The notes below the pieces were generated by a model. It was not told the origin of the DNA and did no database searches. It worked only from the letters and a program-made list of their open reading frames with translations. A DNA stretch of 64,000 bases from Fistulifera solaris (taxonomy: Eukaryota): assembly GCA_030295235.1 (NCBI GenBank), contig AP026169.1, forward strand, positions 310,001-374,000, given 5' to 3'. Positions 24,824-37,411 of the stretch are shown here, in pieces; position 1 is the first letter of the stretch; every line of letters begins with the position of its first letter. Both the position numbers and the translations under genes were made by a program.

Positions 24824-25874
24824 CATAACGGTACTGTTCTTGTGAACCTATTAAACTTTGTAAAAAATATCAATGAGAGAACACTTCTAAAGTGGCTCAA
24901 GATTGTTTTCACTAGTTACCTTTGCAAATCTTTTCCTATAACACCCGTTGGATACCATAGATTCACAAAGTTAGGCGCAACAAGGTAACTCATTGAATTA
25001 AGACCCTAGATTGCCTCGACTGATTGTCTTCTTACAAAGTATAGAAAAAATTTTTTGGAATCAATTTCATTGGCTGAGACGACTGAACTAGACCTCATAG
25101 CCATTTTCTCCTTAGCACGATGAATCGCACGTGATTGCCTTTATTGTTTGCGGCTGTCGTCGTCGTCAAAGGTCCAAGGCTGTGCGGCGTGGTGTTTCGT
25201 GTTCCATCACCATGGCGTCTGTGTTCCCTACTGTCCCCAAATGAGTGCCGAGTGCGGAGTGCGGCAACTGATAAGACTGCGAAATGACGAACTGATAAAC
25301 ATCTATTTGTGTAGTCGAACGACAGTGGTAAACTTATAATAAAAAATTGTGGTTCGTTGTTCAAGTTCGGCATCGTATGTCATGTCTATACTTGATACTT
25401 GATCATTCCATAAGTCAGGAAATGACGTTAAAATTCTGCCGCCAGTACAAGATTCTACGTGGCGTCCACGACGGGGCAGGATTTTAACGCCGTTTCAGTT
25501 TCCAGACAGTAAGACTTCAAACTTCAAACGCACTTTCATGTCCGCTCTAAGCGCGTAGCGCTAGCCCTTATTCTCCGATCGTGATTTGCCTAATTAAGGG
25601 CAGATATTACGAAAATGTCTCAGGAACATCAAAGAGCAGAAAAGATAGGTGACTCCGCGAAAAATTGTTGCGGGGTTTAGAAATGGAGCTCGGAGCAGTG
25701 ACTCTCGCGGAACATCTGTGCCCCCTCGCCACTCGCTCCTCTCCCCCCGCTACAAGGTAAACCTGGTAACAAAAACTCGTTTAGCTGCGAGCATTACTCG
25801 CAGCAGGCTCATTTGGCAGCCAACAACTATCGTTGTTTCATCCCGGCAAAAGAAAACGAATTCAATTTAATATA

Positions 25875-27904
25875 ATGGTGTTGGCGATGAAGACGGAGAT
25901 AACAATGATCCGGAATGAAGCAGATTTCGAGGTGAATAAGAAAGCAGCGGATGATTCTCCCGATCAAACGAAAAAATGTTACAGTCGACAGGACCTGGAG
26001 GCGTTTAACCTTCTCAACCACCCGGTTTGGGTCTTTGACATACAAAACAAAGCCATGTGGTGGGCCAATACATCTGCTCTCAAGACGGTATGGAGCGCTG
26101 AATCACTGGATGCACTATTAGAACGAAATTTTAGCGACATGTCCGCGGCTACCGAACGTCGCCTGCTCGACTATTTAGATCGCTTCGAGAAAGGAGAGCA
26201 AATCACCGACTCGTGGACATTTTATCCCAAAGGAGGCGGACCGTGCACTGTTTATTGCACAATGAGCGGAATGTATGTGGAAAATGGCCGTATGGTTATG
26301 CTGAATGAAGCCGAACTGCGCACGACGACGGAAACCATCGACAAGGGTGCGGTGCGCGACACCGAGTTGTTGCGTCATTTGCCGGTTCCAGTAGGACAAT
26401 TCAATGCCAAAGGCAAAGTCATGGAGCAAAATCCGGAAGCACTCCACGTTTTTGGTGGAAACAAGTATTGCGACGGATCTTGTGAGCTCGCGGGGAAGGA
26501 ACGAAATCCTGGATGCAGTCTAATTGATCGATTTGTCGACAAGGAAGAGGGGAGACTGGCACTTGAAAAAGTGTTCAGTGACGGAGCTGATTACTCGAAT
26601 GAAATAGAGCAATACACCAAAACAGGCGTGCGCTGGTTTGCAGTGCAAATGAGGAGAGCAAAAGATCCTATCACGGGAGAGCATGTTGTTTTGTACAGTG
26701 CCCGCGACATTACAGCTCAAGTTGAAGCGAACAGTAATGCTATGGCGAGTGCGCTGGCGAAAAAAAGAAGCCGATGAAGCAAATATGGCGAAATCCGAAT
26801 TCGTTGCAGTAATGGGCCATGAAATGCGCACACCGCTCCATCACGTGCTTGGTTTTCTCGAATTAATAAAAGGGACAGAGCTGAGCCCCAAACAGGAAGA
26901 ATATCTGGGGCTCGCCGAAACGTCAGCATCAGCACTTATGGGAGTAGTAAATGATCTACTGGACTTTACCAAATTGGAAGCTGGAAAAATGCCCATGGAG
27001 CGACTGAGCACCAACATATGCGATGTGGCAACGGCTTCGGTGAAAGTAGTCGAATCCCAAGTGGCGGAGAAAGGCCTTAAGCTCAATACTTACATTGATA
27101 CCAGCATACCCCTCGTCATTGCCGATCCCGTTCGCATTCGACAAGTGTTATTCAACTTCCTTGGAAATGCCCTCAAGTTCACCAGTGAGGGGGGAGATAA
27201 CATTGTCCGTTCGAAGATTACCCAACAATGAAAATGACCGCGTGGTAATCCATTTCTCGGTACAAGATACTGGAATAGGAATTGATCCAGAACAGCAAAG
27301 CAGAATCTTCAGCAAATATCAACAAGCAAATCCTTCCATCGCACGCAATTACGGCGGTACTGGTTTGGGATTGGCGATTTGCAAAGTCATAGTTGAAACA
27401 CTCGGGGGAACGATAGGTCTCGAAAGTGACACTGGACGCGGCAGCCGCTTTTGGTTCCAGATATCGGTCGACCAAGCTCCTTGTGTAACGGAACACGTAA
27501 ACAGCACCAGCGAGAATGAAGAATACGCTTCGTTGCATGTATTAGTTGCGGAAGACAACAAAGTGAATCAAAAATTGATGGCTTCGTTCCTGAGACGCCT
27601 GGGTCACACTTTCACGATCGTCGAGAATGGGCTTCTCGCTGTTGAGGCCATCGAACGAGAGAAGTATGATCTGATCCTGATGGACATTCAGATGCCAGTA
27701 ATGGATGGCATAGATGCAACGCAACAGATACGTACAAATGGCTGGTCTATGGAAGCACTTCCAATACTGGGCTTGACCGCCGAGTTTCACACAAAAAATT
27801 ATGAAAAATTTCTCGCCATAGGTATGAACGACTGCGTGGGTAAACCCATCCGACTGGACAACTTGAAGAAATATCTCCAAGTGAAAGGAAAGAATCCACC
27901 CTGA
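25875..27904 (+). CDS. Hybrid sensor histidine kinase (PAS-like/PAS - HisKA - HATPase - receiver); frameshifts ~26763 and ~27190
   Basis: H-box EFVAVMGHEMRTPL, N-box QVLFNFLGNALKFT, G1 VQDTGIGI, G2 GGTGLGLAI, and receiver LVAEDN...LMDIQMPVMDG...KP. N-terminal PAS-like domains. Confidence 0.92.
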
Positions 27905-28318
27905 AAATGTTTTTGATTTGAAGCAACATCAGATCTGGATTAAGTGAATCAATTTTTCTGCTCTTCAAGCGTATGTGATACACCGCATCACGCCTTGGGA
28001 TCATCGTCCAGAACCAGTCGGAATACTCACGAAACGGAGCGCTTACACCCTGAAACCATGACAATCGGCACAATGCTCCACGCGCTGCAAAGTATAGACT
28101 TAATTTTACTTTGCAATGAAATTCTCACTTTTGGTAACAAGAAGTAAAAGAGATCATCCTAGCTAGGTAAGTATTAGGTACCGGTACCTGGTAGCTAACT
28201 GTTTCCCCAGTGAAGTGTGTTTTACTTTGGGCTTTGGCTACCTTTCTATCCGTGACTCGCGATTCAAGATTCAAAATTGCGCGTCAAACTATCATGCTTC
28301 GCTTTTCTGCGGCAGACG

Positions 28319-29664
28319 ATGCCAAAGAATTCATTCTTTCGACTAATAGAACGGCTGTCACCGACATCCAAAGTTCAACTTCATCACCAAGAATTAGCCG
28401 TGGCCATGATACCACCACATGAATGGCCCGATGAAGTAGTACAACAGTATGAAGCCATTCGACCCGTGGGAAAGGGAGGATTTGCGTCGGTCGTTTTGGC
28501 GAAACATAAAGATACCGGTCACAAAGTCGCGATGAAGATTGTGGTGTCAACGAATCGACAACAAATGGGATATTGCAATCGCGAACTGGATATTTTAAAA
28601 GAACTTCATCATCCGAATATCATGAAATTAATTGATCACTGGCAACCCAGCGAGTATTGTGCCGTCATGGCTCTCAGTTATTCTCCTGGTCCTACTTTGT
28701 TGCAATTGCTTCGCTATCGAGGAGCTTTGAATTTTGTTTTTGCTCGAGTAATTATAGCCCAACTCGTCGACGCCATTTTGTATCTTCATTCGCGTGCTGT
28801 TGTTCATCGTGACATTAAACCGGATAATCTAATTGTTAGCGGGGCGTCTCTCGAACAAGACGAAATATGGGACAGCAGTACTTCGGAAAGCGATTCAGAT
28901 TACAAAGTGCTAGTTCAAAAATGGCACCTGACACTGATTGATTTTGGATTTGCGCGTGCCCTTACTCCTGAAGATATCAAAAGAAGCCACCGAAAGAAGA
29001 TATTGCTCAACTTGATCTCGACGCTTCCTTTCGACGAAAACGAAAAACATTATCGACCGCGGATCCGGATCTCTCGGTGGGATCGACGCGATCAATGTCC
29101 AGTGACTTGAATCGATCCCGACATTTGATGCGGAAAATGAGCGCTCTGGGGAATCGAGCATTCGCTGCTCCAGAAATAACCGACCGGATTCAGGATCAGG
29201 ATTTGAGTCAACACGATGTCTTCAATGCGACCGACACACTCTCGAGTCATGTTTCGTACTACGGTCTGCAAGTTGACGCCTATGCGGTAGGACGCACAAT
29301 GATGTATTGCTTGACAGGTGCATCACCGAATGAAGACGTCAACGAATTGATTGCTCTCAACAATCAGCCTCTTTTTGTCATTTTTCGTATGCTTGGATGT
29401 TGCCGCACAAAAGAACAATCGGTTCGATATCGACGCGTGAGTCAAATTCCCGATGAACCGTTGCATCTTATGAAGGGATTGTTGTTGGTTGACCCGCAAC
29501 AGCGTAAAACACTACGAATGGCTCGTCAATTGCCTTACATTGACAATATTTTGCAGAACTTGGATCGCCCTAACGTGAAGAAAGAGATTGAATTTCTTTC
29601 CTTTGTAAAAATACATCCCGCCGAAGCCGCTAATGACAATCACAATTCAGAGGTTACTAGTTGA
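28319..29664 (+). CDS. Ser/Thr protein kinase; frameshift ~28982
   Basis: GKGGFASV, VAMK, HRDIKPDN, DFG, AAPE and DAYAVG motifs. Confidence 0.9.
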
Positions 29665-30177
29665 ATGCCAAAGGTGTACTTTTATGCCTTCATAAGGTCC
29701 TTTTTGTTAAATTTTAGTTCAATTTGTTTCTAAATTGCTATAATGCTACTATACTCTTAGAGTGTAAACGACCTTTGTCGTGACTTGGATGGAGTCATGA
29801 GTCATTATTGCTTTGGTGTGCGATTGGATTATTTCTCGCATCGTAACGATGGTCAGCATCTTTCTCTCAAAAACGAATTGTTGAGTTGCTTTACTACATA
29901 CTGCTAATTTGAAAGGCAGCCAACGCCTTGTCAACGTCTAGGAAACCACAATCGTTCGAGTACTTCAGTAGCACCGTTCGGCCCTTTATCCTGAACCCTC
30001 GCTTAGCACGTCCAAACGCAAAACGCAAAAATCCGCCGCAGAAATAGACCATGGCGACCAAAATCGGCAGCATTTCCCAGTCATCCCGCTTATTGACACA
30101 CCATTAGAAGAAACGCGGGCTCTTCTTCAGGATTGTTAGACAGTTGACTGCAGCTGATCAGCGATTCACATTCAAGG

Positions 30178-31275
30178 ATGAAGAATAGATCGCTAGCATG
30201 CACCCGAAAGTTGGGGACGCTTTGGTTCTTCCTTTCCTTTTCCCTACCACTAATCTGCACATGCTTGGCCAAAGTTCCGTGGCAAAAGACGTCGACCTCT
30301 GTTAAAGATGCACTGCTGTTTGAGGATCTCCCTCCCAACGTCTTTGCGCCGGGTGGAAGATTGTATTCCGTTGAAAAAGTGTTGCGAGCCGTTCACGACC
30401 CTAACAATTCTTGCAGCAATGTTGTGGTTGCCGTGTGTTACAAAGGGGGAGTGGTGATTGTGACGACGCTTCCTCAATCTCCTTACTTGTTTGTCGATGA
30501 TGCACCGTCTTCCGAAAATCTTAATCAGACCCAACCGAATGTTACGTATCGGACGAATGCCGAGATTGCAACCAGCACCTTGTTATACGATCCTAGCAAG
30601 AACCATCTCTATCATCCCTGTCCGTGGGTGCAACTCGATAGTCGGATCTTGGGTGTCACGGCTGGGCCCGTAGTGGATGGACAGATTTTAAGGCAGCGAA
30701 TGATGTTGGCGGCCCGGCAAACACGAGAAGCGCGTGGGAGTCTCCAAGCTTCTTGTCTCGCACGCAGTCTGGCCGATGCGTGTCAGATTCAATCTCAGAA
30801 AGCATCGGAAGGCAACTTGCTCGCTTGTTCGGGTTTATTAGTACAAGGGAATGAGCTTTGGCGTGTGGATCCAAATGGTCAATTTTGGAAATGTCATGGC
30901 ACAGTAGTCGGCCGTGGTGCGACAATGCGATCGGAAGAAGTCCTTTTCAACTTGTTAGCTCGTAGAAGCACCTTCGTGAATACTACAGACGACGAGTCTA
31001 ATCAAAGAATTTGGACCCGAGTTGAAATCCAGGAGGTGTTTGACCAAATAACAGAAGACGATGCGTTGGCAGCTGCTACGGAAACTATGCTACATGGTCT
31101 CTTCCAAAAAATGCAAAGTACAGCCGAAATAGACAAAGAGAAGGACAAGCTAAAAGATATGAAACTACTTGGAATGGTCATAGGTAGGTCGAAAGCTCGG
31201 TTTTTCTCGCACAAGGAGCTCATTGCGAATGTGGAGCATTCGCATGATAGGTACTTTGAGCCACGAATAAAGTAG
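30178..31275 (+). CDS. Divergent 20S proteasome alpha-type (Ntn-hydrolase fold) protein with N-terminal signal peptide
   Basis: VFAPGGRLYSVE (cf. FSPDGRLFQVE), VVAVCYKGGVVI, GVTAGPVVDGQIL and LWRVDPNGQF. Hydrophobic leader LWFFLSFSLPLICTCLA. Confidence 0.72.
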   Translation: MKNRSLACTRKLGTLWFFLSFSLPLICTCLAKVPWQKTSTSVKDALLFEDLPPNVFAPGGRLYSVEKVLRAVHDPNNSCSNVVVAVCYKGGVVIVTTLPQSPYLFVDDAPSSENLNQTQPNVTYRTNAEIATSTLLYDPSKNHLYHPCPWVQLDSRILGVTAGPVVDGQILRQRMMLAARQTREARGSLQASCLARSLADACQIQSQKASEGNLLACSGLLVQGNELWRVDPNGQFWKCHGTVVGRGATMRSEEVLFNLLARRSTFVNTTDDESNQRIWTRVEIQEVFDQITEDDALAAATETMLHGLFQKMQSTAEIDKEKDKLKDMKLLGMVIGRSKARFFSHKELIANVEHSHDRYFEPRIK

Positions 31276-31298
31276 AAAGAGTGTCCTAATCCAAAGAC

Positions 31299-32664
31299 CT
31301 AAAATAATTTATGCTGTCGCTTGAGTTTAGTTTGCTTCCACTTGGGAAATGAGTAAAATTCAGTCTTGTCAACACCAAATACTTGTGCAAATTCATCCTG
31401 GGACAAATATTGCTCTCGGTTGTTATAATCCAGATCGGCAACCATTTTGGCTCTTAATAAATCCACGGCAAAAAACGGCCCTGGATAATCCGCAAACTGC
31501 CCTGCAACCCCTGTAGTTTTTGTATTTGTTATTATTGCAGGTGCTGGCCGAAACGGAGGAGCTTCTACCGGGGTCGATGGTACAATAGTTCGCGGTCGAA
31601 CCGGTTTGGAATCATCTTTGATGGAGGCTGAAAAAGTAGCGGGAATTTTTTGTGGGGTAGAAGAAACAAGTGCGGACTTTGTTGCTGACTTCTTTTCCAG
31701 TTTTATAGATGGCGCTGGTTCGTTCACAACAACAGAAGCTTGTACAGTTTGATCTCCGTTTTCGTCATCGGCATGTTTCCTTGCTACCATCTTCTCCATA
31801 GCGGATTCTCGTCTGGCTTTTACTTTCGAGTTAAATCGTTTCTTCTCCTCTTTCTGCTTTAGTTTTGCCTCCTGCGCAGCAAGTCGGGCGGCGAGGACCT
31901 GTTCTTCAAGCTTATGAATTTCTTCTTCCATTCGCTTGGCTTCTTGCAGCGCTTTCAACTTCGCTTCGTCCTCGCGCTGTTGCATTTTCAGACGTCGAGC
32001 CATTTCTTCCGCTGCTTTCTCATTTTTTTGCTCGCTCGGCAGCCAGTCGACGAGCTTCCTCTTCTGCTTGCTTTCGCTTTTCTTCCGCTTGTAAGAGAAG
32101 CCGACGGTTTTCCTCGTTTTCTCTTTTGATGCGTTCGGTGGCTTCCTCGGCGCGGATTCTCGCCAGTCGTTCCTCTTCTGCTTTCCGATAAAGTTCTTTC
32201 TTTTCTGCCATTTGTTTTTCCAGCTCTTCTCTCTTTGCGAGCTTCTCTCGTTCCATTTCTTGTCGAAGTTGTATTTCCTTCTGTCGTTGCAGCGCCGCTT
32301 CACGTTCTCGTTCGAATTGTTCCTCTTCTGCTTTGATTCTAGCTTCTTCCGCTTCCAGCGCCTTTTGCACTGCACTCTTTATTATTTGTTTTTTCTTTTG
32401 CTGTTGACCGGAAGGGAGCACGACCGTGTCGCCCGCGTCGCTATCTTCCGCTCGATCAACCATTTCCTCCTCTTCATTTTCCGAGTCAAACGTCACTTCG
32501 GTAAAGTCGTCCTCTTCATTTTCAAGCACCTCTTCCTCATAATATTCCAAAAACTCTTCCTCATCTTCTTCGTCTATCACTATCTCCTCATATTCGTCAT
32601 CGTCATAATCATCATCAGGGACCGCAACGACATCATGATGATATCCATCGGCGACCATCGTCAT
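31299..32664 (-). CDS. Villin-headpiece domain protein with acidic N-terminus and long coiled coil; frameshift ~32025
   Basis: C-terminal REQYLSQDEFAQVFG...FYSFPKWKQTKLKRQHKLF, plus an E/K/R-rich helical region. Confidence 0.88.
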
Positions 32665-33155
32665 TACGCGCGAAGGAATTTCTGCAGATTAGGATATGAT
32701 TTAAGGCCTCTTGCAGGCGTTTGTCCAGTTTGCTATGCGACCAAGCCGATGAACCTTGTCGACTGGGTGATGGCGTAGCACGATCGACGTGAAAGAGATG
32801 ATGTTGCAGAGCAGGGACGCTTACTTGGAAGATAAAGGACGAGACAGGACGAGGTTTCAAACAAGATGGCAGATGACCGTGTTGGGACACGAATGTCTCC
32901 GGAAGTGTAGGCTGGGTGACCCATACTGGGTTTCACTGTTTCTGAAACCCTTATCCGGCATGCGTGAAGCCCATGTCTACTTATGAATGCGACATGATGG
33001 ATCGGTTCAAGACTACTAAGTAACTATGGTAGCAAATTTAATTAGAAAACATGATCACCTGTCTTCCAATACGGCGATCCAACACTTTGCCACATTTTTT
33101 TCTCGTTTTACTTCCTGTATTTTCTTTAGCCAAATGTCTTTGCTTCTCACATTCA

Positions 33156-34810
33156 ATGAAAAACCAAGACGAAAATCGAAGACGGAACAAAATCGAAAAC
33201 ACCAACAGCCAAGTGCTTATCGCCCGACGACTGGTAACCGACCTCCATGGAGCTTTGAGTGGTCATGACAGATTAATTGCTTTATATCACTTAACGCAAG
33301 GGGTCAGCGGAAAATGTGGAGATGCTTCCGTCATGGCGTTCTACTTGCTGGAGGAAAGGCTTCTACCGGCTCTCGTTCTTCATCTACATGCTGTTGTGCA
33401 ACGTTCGCAATCAAAAAGTGACGAAACGGCGCAAATTCTCCATCTAATGGATATTCTTCTCAAATTATGCCCTCGTCATCTGCAAGAACAAGTCAGTCTT
33501 GATTTGAATACACACTTCTTTGATTTTGCCTCTGCGGAACTTTTGCCGCAACACCGTGACTGCCAACTTCCGCACCTCTTGTTGATGCTGTCGGTGCTAC
33601 ACAGTTGTTCCGCAACCGCCTCGGGAAGTCAACAAATTTTACAATCACGGATAACACTCATGAGGATCATCTCGATCATGAAAATGAAGAAATTTCCGAT
33701 GACTGCCTCTTGGAGGCGCTCAATATCGTCAAGAACATATCTTATTTTGGTGAAAACCATCGGCTTTACTTGGTCAGTCTTCATGAATTCTTATCCAGCC
33801 TGAGTTCGTTGACCAGCCGATCCGTTTCAGAAAGCATACTGGAGCGTGTTTCCGCCGTCTTGCGAAACTTGGCGGTGGACCCCGAATGCCGAAAGCTCTT
33901 AACGCAATCTGCCGGAGTACTTCGTTCGCTGATCAAGATGATGGGAACGTGTTTCAATCATGTCATAATCAAAAACTGTTTGAAAGCGCTCATTTGTCTG
34001 GCAATGGAAACAGAATCGGTCGTTACCCTTCTGTATCATGGAAATGGTCAGCTGATGGATGTAATCAAACGACTGGTGCGAGTCAATCACAATCACACAA
34101 GTATCCGGAAAAGGGCGATGCGATTATTGAGACTGCTGGCCAAGCAGAAATCCGTTCACCTTGTTGCGTATGACAATGATCTCCTTGATTTACTGTCGAA
34201 TGTGGTAAAAGAAGATCAACACGATGAAATACGACAAGAGGCCATAGAGGCATTTACCAATTGCATCGCAGTTGTGACTTCCAGCGCCCCCAATTACAAG
34301 TCGGTATTGAATCAACTGGTCGAGTGGATCAACCAACGCAGCATATCACCCGAAATGTTCGCTTGTGTCATCAAGGATCAGGCTTCTTTTCCTGAAAATA
34401 GCTTTGTTTTGGCGGAACAAACCAAGATCATTGATATACTCAGCCAGATCGCCGTGAACGTCGATTCCCCACCTTCTGCCCGATACGATGCTTGTCACTC
34501 TTTATGGTTGCTTGCCAAAGAGAAAGAGAACCAGGTGAAGTTGATGACATCCCATTTCATTGTCGGCTCGTTGGTTAGAAATGCCGCCGATTTTCTGGAT
34601 GGTTTGGAAGAAATGGACAATTCGACTTCCTGTAGAGAAAGGGCCATTGAAACGATTGTGTACTTGGCACAATGCCGGTCAAATCGTAAAACGATGGTCA
34701 GCCATGACAAGCTTCTTCAAGTTTTGATCCAATTCGCATCGACAACGCATGACTATCGCATGAAAGACCAGGTAAAAGAAGTTATTCTGTGGCTTGTACA
34801 AGAGGCCTAA
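33156..34810 (+). CDS. Armadillo-repeat protein; frameshift ~33682
   Basis: ARM-like repeats (SAVLRNLAVDPECRKLL, ACHSLWLLAKEKENQVKL, AIETIVYLAQCRSNRKTMV). Confidence 0.75.
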
Positions 34811-34891
34811 TGGACGACATGTGATGATATTGTAGCTATAAGGTACCTGTAATCTTAACTTTATCCATCACTACGAAAGTTGGCACATCGC

Positions 34892-35443
34892 TCATAGATC
34901 GCATTCGGGGAAGAAGGAAGACTTGAATGCACGTCTTTTGAAGCAAGTCGCTAGGCAGTCTTCTTTATTGTTGCTCATGTCATAGTCCATGCTAATTGCG
35001 TCGTCCTTATCGACGTCACACTTTTATGACGAAAAGAAGGGCGCTTAGTGAGGCCGTGCGCAAAAAAACTTTAAAGCCACTAACGTCCGCCTTACCTTTT
35101 TCATCATTTTGTCCACGGAACCGAGAATCTTCAAGACACCTTGTGCATACCACGGCAACGAATCAATGGCCGCTTGAAGCTCGCTGCGATCCAATTTGTT
35201 ATTCTTGTTTGTGTCTAAATAAGCACCCGCACAGCGAATGATATGATCTCGGTCAGGGCATTTGGGATCGATAATGGGCTTTTCGGGTGGAGTTTCTACT
35301 TCCTCGGCTGCCGCTTCCACGACGGCGGCTTCTTGAATGCTCCCGTCCGCGGAGATCTCGACGTTTTCGACTGCAGCGACAACAACATCCCAGCGAAGCA
35401 CCGTAAGCAATGAACAAAGTTTTACAAAAGCATGGAACTTCAT
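34892..35443 (-). CDS. Small secreted Cys-rich EF-hand protein (intron ~35021-35095)
   Basis: Signal peptide MKFHAFVKLCSLLTVLRWDVVVA and EF loops DTNKNNKLDRSE and CDVDKDDAISMD. Spliced end ...CLATCFKRRAFKSSFFPECDL. Confidence 0.78.
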
Positions 35444-35966
35444 TTTTTTGAAAGTTATGATCAACTTACTGATGGCTTTGTCTTGTTGCAAGAAAGATGC
35501 ATTGCAAAATCCAAATGTTGCTTCTCATGTATTTTTATTTTCAACGTCAGTCACTTTGAATCCCACGTGCGGAGTTTTTGAGCAAGGCGCCGTTCAATCA
35601 CGGAGAAATATCAGGTACCGGTACCGGTAAGAGAGTAGCATACTTTTAGAACTGAGAACCGGGTCATTTTTCGCTGTAAAGGTGCCCACAGCGCACAGTC
35701 GAGGATAGACGAGGTGCGACAGAGGTTTTTTTCTTCGGGAAAACCTGCCTCGAGTCTTCGGTTATTGCTGCGATGGGCATCACCATTAAAGCCATTTGAA
35801 TGCTATTTTCCCAGCCCCGAACTGCCATATCTTGTAGTAAAACAGCAGATACACCCATCAAGGAATATCATCTGAAGCGAACGGTCTAGCGGTTGAAGAA
35901 AGTCATAGGATATATTGAACTCGCACTGTTTGTGCTTCGTATGATTCGGAAAGGAAACGCAGAAAG

Positions 35967-37073
35967 ATGCCAGCCAAAGTCGACGTCGCCAGTGATCAAT
36001 TACAAGGTATCATTTCTGCTCTCCGTTCCATAGGAATGAGTTCCGGTGAAGCGAGGAGTAAGGGAAAAAATATTGCGCAGGCTATTTCCGAGGGAAAAGA
36101 CGCTGGAGATGTCGAGGCTCTCCTCCAATCACTCTACGAACTCCAGCACGAAGCTCCCAAAATCATGGCTGCTCTACAGACTGCTGGGTATGTACGCAAA
36201 AATAACGAAGCTGTGGAACAATCTGCTGACGACGAGAATGACGTTGATGAATATTATGAAGAAGGAGAAGAGGACGAACCGAATAGTGACGAGGACGACG
36301 GCCCCGCTGTTGGTCACGGCATTTCGGACGACATATCCATCATGAGTGATTTGACAACTCCAACGGTTATTAGTGGCGATGTGAATGACGAGGAGCATTA
36401 TCACGAGGTTCCGCTTCCCCCCTATGCGATCGGAAATGAATCATATGAGGGCCACGCAATGGTGGTGAAGGCACCAAAGCAGAAAAAGTTTAATACAACC
36501 TGTAAAAGCAGGACAGAAAAATTCCCGAAATACGAATCAGACTCAAAACTTTGCGCCAGCGCCGCAATCGACTAAAACATTGCCGTCTGGAGGCGGAGCT
36601 GCTGCGAAGCGAAGAAATCAATATACACAAAAATGGCTCGGTTAGGTGTTGCAACGGAATTGCAACAAAAACCTTTACCTAACGTTACGAGAACGAAGAA
36701 AAAAGGCAAGAGTGCGCGATTTAGTTTTGACGACATTGCTGTAGAGAGAAGCGCGTGGAACTCGGATGACCTGAGTACGAACGCCATTGAAACAGCAATC
36801 TATGGAGAAGCACCAAAGTCGCCAGTTTTGCCGTCATCAGGACGAAGAATAGGAAAACTTCAAACACAAAGCTTGATGGATGACACGGATGACTTGTTCG
36901 AAAGCGGGTTTGACGCCTTTGTGCCGTTCACCGAGGGAGCAACTCCACTCACTGATTTCCGAGATTCGTCGTCATCACCAGAAAAGACAAACTCAAGAAA
37001 AGGAAAGAGTAGGAACTCCAAGTCAGAGTCATCCTTTCGACGGAAGCCCCCGAAGAAGCTAGCACTGTTTTAA
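35967..37073 (+). CDS. Hypothetical low-complexity protein (two probable A-run frameshifts, ~36486 and ~36630)
   Basis: ORFs 35967-36575 and 36633-37073 are joinable. Acidic/Ser-rich, with motif DDISIMSDLTTPTV. Confidence 0.6.
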
Positions 37074-37411
37074 ATAGACGCGCGTCATCATCATGTAAGA
37101 TGCCGTCGTTGCTATTGCTAGTGGGTTACAAAATTCACTCAGGCCTATCGGCAATTACAAATACAACTATAAGCAGATTTTAATACCTCATGTTTCGTTT
37201 TGGTAGCGTGTTTGTTTCCAAAAGAGTGTGAAACAATGTTCTATCACATCGCATGGAGCTAAAAATGCACGGAAGTTGCACCTAGTTCTAGAATTATCCA
37301 GTACCAGTACGATTTTCTCGCGAGACAGACCCTGCATTTTTCGCACTTTTTGTTGGCCTTCAACAAAGCGATGAATGAATTAGATAGCAGTTTGATAGGA
37401 ATGGCAAGGTC

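Noticed and set aside
25875..27904. Bacterial contamination or chimeric contig at the histidine kinase
   Set aside because: The gene is embedded among intron-containing eukaryotic genes of similar composition and has no operon context. Diatoms are known to encode hybrid histidine kinases.
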